A stretch of 64,000 bases of DNA. Source: Lama glama. Its lineage: Eukaryota. The stretch spans positions 51,152,001-51,216,000 of the forward strand of contig CM052817.1 of the NCBI GenBank assembly GCA_028534125.1, given 5' to 3'. The position numbers were made by a program, and so were the translations under genes. Shown piece after piece: positions 52,620 to 64,000 of the stretch (positions are counted from its first letter, which is position 1; every line of letters starts with the position of its first letter). The notes under the pieces were generated by a model that saw only the letters and a list, made by a program, of their open reading frames with translations, was not told where the DNA came from and did not search any database.

Positions 52620-53100
52620 TTTTGTCTTTATAAAAAAGTAGAAAATCTAAAAATAAATATAAAAGCAGAGATTCATAAAATAATAAGACATATATCAGAA
52701 GAAAGATGCCAAAATTTGTTTGAAATAACATTATTAAAACTGATAGATGCCTACCAAGATTGATATAATAAGAGAAAAGATAAATTACTTAATATTGGTG
52801 ATGATCTTACTATAATATCACTGCAAATCTGCAGACATCAAAAAAATATTTAAGAGGATATTATAAATGCATGGCAAAAATTTGACAATGTGGAAAAATG
52901 GACAAATTCTTGGAAAAATGTATCTTAATAAAGATGACAGCAGAAGAAATGGACATCTGATTATCTATTAAAGAAATAAAATCTGCTGTTAAAAACCTTT
53001 CACAAAAAGTAAAAAATAAAAAAACAGAAGCAAAGAAACTGAAATTCACAGGCACAGATAGATTCAATTACAGCTTCTTCCAAACTATGAACTTTCCAAA
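52620..53100 (+). mobile_element. Old L1M ORF2 fragment (post-endonuclease region)
   Basis: aaatataaaagcagagattcataaaata...aaatttgacaatgtggaaaaatggacaaattcttggaaaaatg...caggcacagatagattca. Confidence 0.75.
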
Positions 53101-53979
53101 TTTTCTCAGAGCAGTGGGAAAAGAGTTTAAGATGTTTATTTTATGTGCTTACAGAAGTAATAATTGGGAAAGGAAGCATTCTGTAGTCTTTATAAAATCA
53201 ACTGTGTTATGAGAATTTTCCAGACTTGCCACACTGTAATCTCTTTTCTAAGAAATATAGGAAGCCAGTCTTTACTTGCTCAGTAGGAAAAAGGAAAAGC
53301 ATAATATGATATCTCTGTCAATCACTGAACTGAAAGAGGCTGGTCACCACAAGAGAGAAAAAAATAGTAACCCAATTCTTTCCAGGTAATTTGACAACAG
53401 TTGAAATTTATCTCTGCTTTTCATAGACAAAACAGAGCGGGGGATGAAGAGGCTTTTGCAATTCTCCTGTAACTTCAAGGCCTCAAAAAAGAGGGCTGGG
53501 AAATCGACTGCTGTTAATATCTGATTAAATACTTTATGCTTTCTTAAGTAGAAAATAAAGCTTTCGAAAAAACTTTATAATCTCTCTCTTGGATTTCCAA
53601 ATTTTTCAGCCACTCTCTTATGAAAAGCTTTTAATTAATCTGGGAACTAGACAGGACATTTACACAAACATTTCATAAAAATAAATAAGAGATGTGGCTT
53701 GTACTGAGCGATATCGATGGAGATGGAAAATACATAAAGTATATTTGGAGAATATGTTTAGAAGATAAGACAGCAGGGTCTAGCTAGAAGTTTGGATGCA
53801 CAGGTTGAAAGCAAGAGAGGAATACAGGGTTCCACATACATTTTTAATTTTTCTTCAGGCCACCTATTCTACTTTTCCTCATTTATCTGAGTCTGTTCAT
53901 GCACTGTCACTCCATATCAGTTTGTTATTTGAAGCAAATAACAAAACAACTCATTCCCATTTACATAGAACACACTTTT

Positions 53980-54500
53980 ATTGAGTGTTTGGTGGCTAAG
54001 GGTGTCACTAAAAAGGTGCTAAACTAAATTTGAGAACGGTCAGAAACAAGAGACATGAGGCAGCTGCTGGACTGATGGAAATCAGATTCCAGAACCCACG
54101 TGGAAAAGAGCTGTCCTGCTGCAGCTGGGGCTGCATTCGCTGCTGCTGCAGGAGAGTGAAGACTTCGGCAGTTGCCGCTGCCACTGCAGAACCTGATATC
54201 TGGATGCTACCACTTCTGTCAGCACCACTGGGATGTTTTCTCTGTCTCTTTTCTCTTAAAACTAGCTCCTGATTCACAGTTTGAAGATAGAATGGGGAGG
54301 AATCTGACCAGTTGAATCTAGATCATGTACAAGCTCCCCTGCTTTAAGGATCATGGGAAAAAAAAAATCTGTATCTAGCTTTTCTGACTTCTACAGTGAG
54401 ATATGGGGTTTGACTACCTGCAAGACTCATTATGTTGAAAAATTCCTCAGTGATAGAAAAGGTTTCAGATGCCCCCAAGCCAAAAGCTGAAAAATATTTA
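53980..54500 (-). mobile_element. Old MaLR LTR (MLT1-type) remnant
   Basis: gaatctgaccagttgaatctagatcatgt...gctttaaggatcatgggaaa...tatctagcttttctgacttctacagtg. Confidence 0.5.
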
Positions 54501-54529
54501 CAAGAATTTTCTTCTTTACTTACTACTTA

Positions 54530-55420
54530 AATAGTGTTGTTGATCAGGACATCACTTTTAGACTATTTCTCTTCTTTCTTTTTTGTCTTGTTTTCTTGTC
54601 CATACACATTCATGACTTCTAAGGTCTATATGCTAAAACTCTACAGGATCAGCCCAGATATATGACTTGATGGGTTCAAAAGAACTGAGACCACAGTGGT
54701 CAGCTTCAGAGCCAAGGCTACTGGTGTTCTATGGTCAAGTATTCTGTCTCTATCAGTCCTCAGCCACATGCCAGTATCTGTTTTCAATAGACAAATAATT
54801 CTTTGCTATAGATTGCAGAGCCTTGTTCTAGTGACCTGTGTTTTCAGTCTTTTCCAGGGTTTGCCATAAACACCACACAGCATTTTTTTCTTAAATAATG
54901 ATTCATGCAGAACAATACTACATGTTGCTGGAGCATCTAGCCCATGGGGAAAGACTGCTTGTATCACAACCTGCATACACCCAGAGCCTTCCTTGTTACC
55001 TTGTATATGGACCAGAGCAGCATTCCCATGAGTGAAATGTTAACTTTCATAATGTGTAAGGATCTATTAAATGTTGTGCCTACTTCTTTGCAGTAGAATA
55101 CAAGGTGGTACAATTTTTCTGTTTATTTGAAAGAATTATCCATCATGCCTCTGACCAACAGATCTCTAAATACTTCATTGAAATGGCATGTCCCTGAATT
55201 TTTAAATTTTTACTAAATTTTTTTTTAATTTTCAGTTTTTATATTGTTTATGTCTCTGAATTTCTGTAGAGCTTAATTCCACCCTTTGAATCAGGTGGGT
55301 CTCACAGGTCTCCCAGTACTGTAGCAATCCTTTGTTTTTCCTGTACAGTCAGCATGATGCCTCAACACAGTAGGTCAATGTGATGTGATGTTTGGGGGAT
55401 CCAGAGTCCTTCAGAACGTA
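54530..55420 (-). mobile_element. ERVL pol (reverse transcriptase) fossil
   Basis: Minus-strand translation gives ITLTYCV/GIMLTVQEKQRIA (~55325-55385; cf. ERVL ITLVHYIDDIMLIG..EQEVA) and KIQGHAISMKYLEI (55161-55202; cf. KIQGP.TSVKFLGV). Confidence 0.8.
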
Positions 55421-55799
55421 AATTAACTCTGCTTGTAAGTCCAATGTCCCTAAGAGGAGGTGGGAATATTTCATGAAAGGAGCACCTGTTACCTTGCTGA
55501 GGAAAACTTTATTTAATCTTTCCACACAGAGAAGTATGAAAAGAATGGGGAACCAAAATCTTTTGAGTTATCCCTATCATCATCTCAAGTTTTCTGAGTA
55601 AGAGACCTGATCTTGGCACAGTTGGTTTGCTTGGGTTGAGAATTCAATTATCTTTAAGTTCAGCATTCTGAATTTAAATCCTAGAGTTGATGTTTAGCAT
55701 TTTATCTTTACCTACTGCCTAACATGAGGTTTCTTGTAAATTACTAAAGAGACTCTCTGATTCACATATTTAGTTTTATTTGCCTCTTAAATGCCCTCC

Positions 55800-56100
55800 C
55801 TTTTTTAATCCATCCTTGGGAAAAGAATGTAAACATGCCAGCCCAAAGGGGAGTTCTGAAGCAAAGATCACTCCTCAGAGAAGTGGCATGTTGGACAAAA
55901 ATACTTAGGTTCTTGTACCACCAGCACCTCAGTCATTGACCAGGAGCCCTGCTAGAAAAAAAAAGCACCTCTCATAGGACCCCAAGGCAGATCCTGAGGG
56001 TGCAGACAATTGGAGTCTGTCTGCTAATCACTCTTCTGCAGCTGGGAAGTGAATGCTTTCTGGAAGGGGCCCTTGGAGGTCCAAATAAGTGTCTGCCATA
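55800..56100 (-). mobile_element. ERVL LTR remnant (LTR16-like), probably the LTR of the adjacent pol fragment
   Basis: gggagttctgaagcaaaga...ctcagtcattgaccaggagcc...gtctgctaatcactcttctgcagctggg...ctttctggaagggg. Confidence 0.55.
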
Positions 56101-58034
56101 TAAGTATTCATGATACTAAGTCAAATATTTTTTAAAAGTATCACCTTATTTAAATTTTAATTTGAATGAAAAGCAATAACATAATGTCAACAAGATTAAT
56201 ATAGGTATTGAGTTTGAGAAAATGCAAAACCTAACAAAAAAGGGCTTTCAAATAAATTTTAGAAGTATAATATCTTTTCCTTTGCTCTAATTAGGAGCAG
56301 TCAAAGAATGCTGCTTTCTGTTGGACAAATCTATTTATCTATCACAAATGTTTTACTGACCATATCATAAATTATATTATTTTTGTTAGATGTTAGTATA
56401 TAAATGTATTGTGTTACATTTTAAATATGTGACTCGAAGGATTTAACGTAAATGAGAAAATACATTCTGATGAGCATTAGATTCTTCTTGCCCAAAGTAT
56501 TGGTTAAATTCAAGACAAGGTTATAAACACTTCCTGCCTCTATCCATCTTACTGCACAATGAAAACCTCTTATTAGGGGTTCCTAATTACTGCAAGGTTT
56601 ATTTAGGAGGTAGTTATGCCTGGGAATACTTGATTTCTACTCCTCTGGCCTTTGACAAAGAGGCTCCAAGCGGGTTTTTAAAATCTCATGGTGGGCACTT
56701 ATTATTCTTAGCAAATTCAGTAAAATATACTAGCAAATTAGCTTCTGTCTCCTGGCTGGCCTCAGACTACATAATAAAAGCATCCTATTATAAAGCTTAC
56801 ATTGATTTTACATAAAACCTTTCTATTTAAGGAAATTAGAACCTAACATTGAATTCAAAGCTCATTATTACTTCAGGGAAGTTGAATGTAAGTGAAATTT
56901 TCCTTTGAAATGAATTTTTCTTATGACATATACCAAAATTTAGGTTAATATTTGACAGGAACATTTGCATTTGCTGTATAATCACTTTTATTTTGCTTCT
57001 CCTATTAATCTGCTGAGGTTAGGTTATAGGAACATTATCCTAACTTTTCAGTAAATGAATTCAAGTTGAATAGAGGCTTGTGGTTCGTGATATAGAGCCC
57101 ATTAGTCGTAGATCTAAAAAAGAGGATGTGTGGGATACAAACCAAAGTCTTTCTTCTGCATCTGTTCCTTTACCTTTTATGTAACTATACAACTCAGAGA
57201 ACATAAGAATTAATGTCAACTGCTCACATTTGAATTTCATCCCTTTTCTTACTCTCCTCAGAAACTCTCTGAAATCATCTCATCAGTTGGCGATTTTATG
57301 AAGACAACAACCCATTTCATTAATTGTCTTAACTCTACTGTCCATGGATAATTAGTGATTACTTCAGTATTGATGACAGCCAAACATCTACAGACTTCTA
57401 TGGAAATGATGAATCATTAATATGGTCACTTAATAATTTTAAAATGCTGGCTATTTATATCAGGAATTGACAATGGATTCTCTATCTTAAATGGGCATTT
57501 GCCATACTTTCTCCAATAAAGACACTTAATACTTTAAAATAACTTTTAAACACATATATCTTCTTTAAATTTATCACTCTTCATTTCTCCATAAATTAAA
57601 TATTAGAAACTGAACATATATTCAAAAATTGCAGAATGTTGAGAGTACCCAATATTTATAATTCTCCATATCCAATTATGTAAACTCATCTCTTCCTTTG
57701 AGTAGAACTTCTAATTGAGATATATAGAGTCAGGCTAACTAGGGCCAAGTCCAATACAGAGAAATTTAATATCTTGGAACATTGGAAAAAATTATCTTAG
57801 ACACACACTGTATAGTATTTTGAGGAATATCTTAAATTAAGCAAACAGTAATGTATTCCCTTGCTTCTTAAAGAAAATTCGAAATTTTCCTGTCTTTTTT
57901 TTTTTTTTACTAAAATATTAAACCCTTTGAGAAGCATATAAAGCCTTTCATGAGTCCCATCCCTCCTACCCTTCCAGACTTACCTGCTACAGGGTCTCCA
58001 CAAGTATTCATTCATCAGTTATAAGAAGTAATTT

Positions 58035-58125
58035 TCGGAGACACTGCTTTGGAAAAGATCCCCGTTGTTCTCCCTACTTGCTGCAAGTAATAAATCCTTC
58101 CTTCCTCTGAAAAAAAAAAAGAAAA
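58035..58125 (+). mobile_element. L1-mobilised polyadenylated retrocopy of an LTR-like transcript 3' end
   Basis: 75-nt body with AATAAA at 58089-58094 and poly-A starting at 58110. TSD aagaagtaattt (58023-58034) / aagaagcaattt (58126-58137). Confidence 0.85.
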
Positions 58126-58139
58126 AAGAAGCAATTTAT

Positions 58140-58505
58140 TTTTCCTGAATGGATCATACATTATCCATTCCTGAATGACTCCCATACATTGAAACCTTTT
58201 CATGTACCATTTCTCTACCAGAGATACCATTTTCCCCTCATTCACTGGACTCCTCAACATTTTAGAGATGATTCAAGAGTTCGGTATACCTTTGCTAAGC
58301 CCCTTGCCTTTCTAAGTCAGGTGCCGTTCTCTGTGTTCCTATAACATCCTGTTTCTGCCTGTAAAATGCCAATCACCATAATATTAAAAATGTTAATGTT
58401 ATGTCATATTCAATATCCTCAGTACATAACAGCATATAAACAACTAATGCACTATGTTGACAATGAAGAAATCTTTGCTATTAATTGGATAAATATACAA
58501 ATGAA
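58140..58505 (+). mobile_element. L2 3' region remnant
   Basis: ttctctgtgttcctataacatcctgt...caatatcctcagtacataacagca...ttaattggataaatatacaaatgaat. Confidence 0.5.
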
Positions 58506-59119
58506 TCAGTTCATCAACTATGAGAATTACATGAGGTGTGAGAAAAAAAGTATCATTATATAAATTATATCTTAAATTAATTTATTAATTAACTGAACAT
58601 GTATTTTGCACATTAAGTTTTAAACATCCTTATAATTTAAGGATGAGGAAACTGAGGCAAAAAAATTAAATCACTCGTCTAAGACATATAATCAGTACAC
58701 AGTTGAGCCAAAATATGAACTGAAGAAGGTATCAGAGTATGCACACTCAGATACGGACAAATGCATGGGTTTATGTACAGAATTCAGAAAGAAATAGAAC
58801 CAAAATCAATTTTTAAAAACATATATACTCCCTAGAAATTAAAAAATAGTTCTTCATTGTGTAAACTGCAAGATTCTAAAGCATTTCAAGTAAATCTTAT
58901 ACTATTTACCAGACCTAGATCATTCTTATATCATATGAGCCTGAATTAAGTTATAAATATCTGAGCTACTCATTTATCTCAGTGACGTATTTTTTTTCTA
59001 GAATATGCTTCAATTTTGTACATTATTTCTTAGACTTAACACAAATTCCTAAGTTTTCATTTAAGTTTTTGGATATTAAAACATATTTAAAGTATCACTT
59101 TAAAGTTCCTTAAACAGTA

Positions 59120-59645
59120 ATTGAAGAGATTTCTCAATGATCCCTACCTCCTGGTATTTATGCCCTTGTGAAATTTCTTGCCTTTGTGTGTGGGCTGGAC
59201 ACAGTGACAACTACCCAACAGAATGGACAACTACCCAACAGAATGTAGTAAAAGTATGGGATGCTTCTTCTGTGATTAAGTTACAAAAGATTATGACTTC
59301 CATCTTGCTGGAAGACTTATTTACTGGCTTTGATGAAGCAGTTAAATCTTCACTTTGGAGCGGTCCATGGGACAAGGAACTCTGAGGAAAAGAATACTGC
59401 CAAAAACTACTGAGTGAACTTGGAAGCACAATCCCCTCCAGCTGACATTTCGGATGAGTCCACAAACCCTGGGCCCACAACTTTACTGCTGCCTTGTGAG
59501 TGGCTATAAAGCAAAGGACCTTAAGCACTGTCTAGATTTCTAACCTACAGAAAGAAAATACGAGAGAACAAATACGTGTATGCACATTTCTCTAGATGGT
59601 TACGTTTTGTGGCAACTGCTTACACAGCAGTAGGTAACCAATGTG
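59120..59645 (+). mobile_element. MaLR LTR (MLT1E/F-like) with an internal 20-bp tandem duplication
   Basis: caatgatccctacctcctggtatttatgcccttgtg ... acagcagtaggtaaccaat; gacaactacccaacagaatg twice at 59206-59245. Confidence 0.8.
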
Positions 59646-60971
59646 TGATGTACTCACACAAAGTTTATATATATATATATATATATAAAATTGTTATTAT
59701 ATTATTATTTATATTAATTATTATATATATCTATTTTATTCTATATATATAAATTATTACTAGAAGGGATTTGGTGTGGTTATTCAAATCCAAGGCCACA
59801 GCCTGTAGAAACATTCATAAAAAAGATATGTGCATCATTTGTTATTGAGCCTCTTAAATTTAATTTGGTCCAAAAGATAATAATGTTGGGTAGCACAGCT
59901 TTTAAAGTACATTTCACTTGAAATAATACCATACAAATATCGATGTTTCTTTTACATGAAATTATGGAATATATCTTCATTCTTATTTTTAAAATATGCA
60001 TAACTAACTTATATTCCATTAAAATCATGTATGCAAATACATGTTAGTGTTAAAACTTGCTGTTTTATAGGGATCGTCACTTGTAATAAACTACAATAAT
60101 CTATTTGTTTTTATATCCAAGATGAACCTAGTTAGGCTGTTATTTACTGTGCCAGGATTTCCCATAAATAAGAAAAGAGACATGGGACCTTATTGGCACC
60201 TGCTGTGTGTTAGACACCTTATATATATAAAATTTTATTTAATATTAACAACATCCTTTGAGAAAAAGTGAATTTAAATGTAAAGGATACACTGAAATCA
60301 TCCAGTTTTTCCTAAGATTTGCATTCTCTGGCTTAATAGAATGAGAGGAGAATCATGGCTGCCATACATACTGGAGTAACTCTAATGGAGCTTCTCAATA
60401 ACAATTTCATTAAGATTTTCATTATCTGGGAAAAGAGTAACTACAGACATTAACCACAGAGAGTAATCTGTAAACAGATCACATGGTGCAGATAAAGATC
60501 TTAAATTATTTTCACTTTTATGTGAAAAGCAAAGGAAAGAACAATTCTGGCACCTCCCAAAGGGAAGAAAGAGAATTCCAGAAAGTAATTCCAGGCTTTG
60601 GACAATGCTTGAGATTTTATTTCCAATAGATGTAAATAATTTTCTGAACCCATAAATGGCATGTTAAGTATAGAGTCTGGATAGTACAGAGGATGGAATC
60701 TGACTCTTCAGTCTATTGTATGGTAGCATGTGATCAAGAAGGAATCATTTAACTTCTGTGCTGGTTCTCCAGTGTCCATTTAATAGCTTTTCGTAGAAAA
60801 GAAAAGGGCTAGACAAATTCACCACTTTGGTTATTTCAGTTGAGAATCACCCAACTGATTAACTGAATTTTATTCACATCACTGAGGAAAGTTACATAAA
60901 TATTTTTCTTCTCACTTTTATTTTGTCAACCAATCATTACTTTGCTTTCTCCATAAAAAATAGAAATTTTT

Positions 60972-61161
60972 ATTGTAGAATAGATAAACAAGATTACACT
61001 GTATAGCACAGGGAAATATACACAAAATGTTATGATAACTCACAGAGAAAAAAATGTGACAATGAGTGTATATATGTCCATGAATGAAAAATTGTGCTGA
61101 ACACTGGAATTTGACACAACATTGTAAAATGATTATAAATCAATAAACAATGTTAAAAAAA
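60972..61161 (+). mobile_element. Short 5'-truncated young L1 (3' UTR only)
   Basis: Near-identical to 50837-51025. TSD agaaattttt at 60962-60971 and 61162-61171. Confidence 0.95.
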
Positions 61162-61561
61162 AGAAATTTTTGAAGCATAGAGTACTAGTACTTACCAAAC
61201 ACTCTAGTAACTTTGACTTATTGATGAAACAACGGTATTAAATATCACCATTTTATAGCTTAGGAAAACTCAGAAAAAGCTGAAAAATTTCCAGGGAGAA
61301 AGAACTCTAATATTAGTGTTCAAACTCAATTATAGCATCTCAGCATCATGGTTGATGACACGTAAGCATTTATTCTAAGTTCACATGCTCTCATCTTTGC
61401 AAAATATACTTGAATCATAAATTTTGAATACTGACTATGAAACCATGAACATGGAAATTATTCTCAAGTTCTTCAAGTAATAAAAAATAGTTGTTATTAA
61501 AATATAGATGTGTTTTCAATTCTATAAATTTGACTCTTAGACATAAGAATTAGACATTTGG

Positions 61562-63268
61562 TGGAAAGACATCCCATGCTCTTGGATAAAAAGAATTAAT
61601 GTTGTTGAGATGACCATACTACCGAGAGAAATCTATAGGTGTAATGTGATCTCTATGAAATTATCCATGACAATTTTCACAGAACTAGAACAAATAATTC
61701 TACAATTTATGTGGAATCACAAGAGGCTCAGAATTGCCAAAGCAATACTGAAGAAAAAGAATGAAGCTGGAGTAATAACCCTCCTTGACTTCAGGCAATA
61801 CTACAGAGCTACAGTAATCAAAATAGTGTAGTATTGGCACAAAAACAGACATCTGGATCAATGGAACAGAATAGAAAGTCCAGAAATAAATCCATAGACT
61901 TATAATCAATTAATCTTCGACAGAGTTGACAAGAATATACAATGGAGAAAAGACAGTCTCTTCAGCAAGTGGCTTAAAAACTTAAACATAAGAAAAGACA
62001 TTATAAATTTCCTAGAAGAAAAAAATAGGCAAAACATTTTCTGACAAATCTTAGCAATGTTCTCCTCAGGCAGCATACCCAGGCAAAAGAAATAAAAGCA
62101 AAAAATATACAAATGGGACTTAATTAAACTTATAAGCTTTTGTACAGCAAAGGGAATCATAAAGAAACAATAAAAAAGACAGCCTAGGAAATGGGTGAAA
62201 ATAGTTACAAATGATGCAACTGACAAGGGCTTAATTTCTAGAATATATAAACAGCTCATACAACTTCATAACAAAACAAAACAAAACAAAGAACCCAATC
62301 CAAAAATGGGCATAAAATGTAAACAAGTAATTCTCCAATGAAGACATACAAATGGCTAAAGAGGCACATGAAAAAATGCTCAATATCTCTAAATATCAGA
62401 GAAATGCAAATCAAAACTACAATGAGGTATCACCTCACACCAGTCAGAATAGCCATCATTCAAAAGTCCCTCCCAAATGATACACGCTGGAGGGGGTGTA
62501 GAGAAAAAGGAATCCTCCTACATTGCTGGTGGGAATGTAGTTTGGTGCAGCCATTATGGAAAACAGTATGGAGACTCCTCAAAAGACTAACAATAGACTT
62601 ACCACATGATCTAGCAATCCTACTCCTGGGCATATATCCAGAGGGAACCTTAATTCAAAAAGATATATGCACCCCAATATTCACAGCAGCACTATTTACA
62701 ATAGCCAAGACATAGAAACAACCTAAATGTCCACAGACAAATGAATAGATAAAGAAGTTGTGGTATATTTATACAATGGAATACTACTCAGCCATAAAAA
62801 AGAATAAAATAAAGCCATTTGCAGAAACATGGATAGACCTGGAGATCTTCACTCTAAGTGAAGTAAGCCAGAAAGAGAAAGAAGCATACCATATGATATT
62901 ACTCATATGTGGAATCCCCCTCCCCCAAAAAAAGACACTCATGAGCTTATTAACAAAATAGAAACAGACTCACAGACATAGAAAACAAACTTAAGGTTAC
63001 CAGCGAGGAAAGGGGGTAAGAAGAGATAAACTGAGATTCGAGATTTGCAAATACTAACTACTATATATAAAATAGATAAACAACAACTTTCTTCTGTATA
63101 GCACAGGGAACTGTAAGATTCAATATCTTATAGTAATCTATAATGAAAAAGAATGTGAAAAGGAATATATATATGTACATATATAACTGAAGCATTATAT
63201 TGTACACCAGAAATCGACACAACATTGTAAAATGACTATAAAACATAAATAAACAAAGTAGAGAAAAA
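61562..63268 (+). mobile_element. 5'-truncated L1, ~1.7 kb, inactive
   Basis: ORF2 peptides in the track (61610, 62338, 62758), 3' UTR and tail. 17-bp TSD aagaattagacatttgg (61545-61561) / aagaattagccatttgg (63269-63285). Confidence 0.97.
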
Positions 63269-64000
63269 AAGAATTAGCCATTTGGAATGTTTAATAGTTT
63301 TGGAGTTCAGGATTATCCAACAAGCACAGCAAGAGATATTGAAAACTCAGTAAATCACTGATTACTGTTACTTTGTGACAACTGATTCAGGAGAATGTAC
63401 ATGAAAATATAGGAAATTTTAGCATGGGCTAATCTACTCTGAAGGCAGTTTTTAATTTTTCTCTAAGACTAATGAAATGTAACTGCCTTTGATCTGTATC
63501 TTTAGTGCTTTGTGAGTATCGCTAACTTGGAATTTTACAATTATTTTCACAAATACACAGAAAGTGAATGAATCTGGGTTTTCAGTAAAGCATATGCTAC
63601 AACTTTTCCTAAAGGTCCCTCTAATTCTTTCTCATAGAGCTTTGATTTTACCCTAACCTGAGATTTACTATAACCACAGCAAAATTCTACCAGTGTTTTG
63701 TTGACCCAAACAAAATCTTGGCATCAATCCATCTAAGGCAACATATATAAAACAAAATTACCTTGATGGAAAGATCATATTTAAGCCTGTATGGAAACCA
63801 CCTTTAGCAAATTTATTATGACTCTGATTGTGTCTTACATATAGGAACTTCCATGGGTTTGTGGGGATTATTATATGGACTAGGAAGAAAACTAAGACAA
63901 GCTACAACCACCGTGTATAATCAAGCATCCTGCAGGAGGCTGCCTGGGAGGCAGCCAAGCTATGGCTTTGTGCAGTGGAGGTCTCACAGCATTGTATTTC

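Noticed and set aside
54008..54277. Overlapping ORFs with Ala/Gln/Cys runs
   Set aside because: They derive from the CTG/CAG-rich interior of a MaLR LTR remnant.

Overview
AT-rich, CpG-poor, repeat-dense mammalian genomic DNA, intronic or intergenic. The L1 3' UTR forms and the absence of recognisable Alu, Bov-tA, PRE-1 or SINEC elements suggest a camelid (alpaca or camel); this is an inference. No intact protein-coding gene or RNA gene is supported, and the long ORFs in the track are L1 ORF2 remnants, N-gap artefacts or chance ORFs. The window holds about ten young L1-mediated insertions, most with readable target-site duplications (TSDs): 5'-truncated copies, a 5'-inverted copy, an internally primed copy, one hidden in a 500-N gap, and a polyadenylated LTR-tail retrocopy. 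It also contains an ERV1-type solo LTR nested in a DNA-transposon remnant, an ERVL pol fossil, MaLR/MLT2 LTRs, old L1M, L2 and MIR fragments, and a well-preserved L2/CR1-clade RT fossil. The main candidate discovery is a ~1.1 kb decayed coding stretch (50490-51835, split by a young L1). Its + strand frames give a collinear series of degenerate Mononegavirales L-polymerase motifs, so it may be a bornavirus-like endogenous viral element. Family names and viral motif comparisons are from recall and need database confirmation; boundaries of old repeats are approximate.
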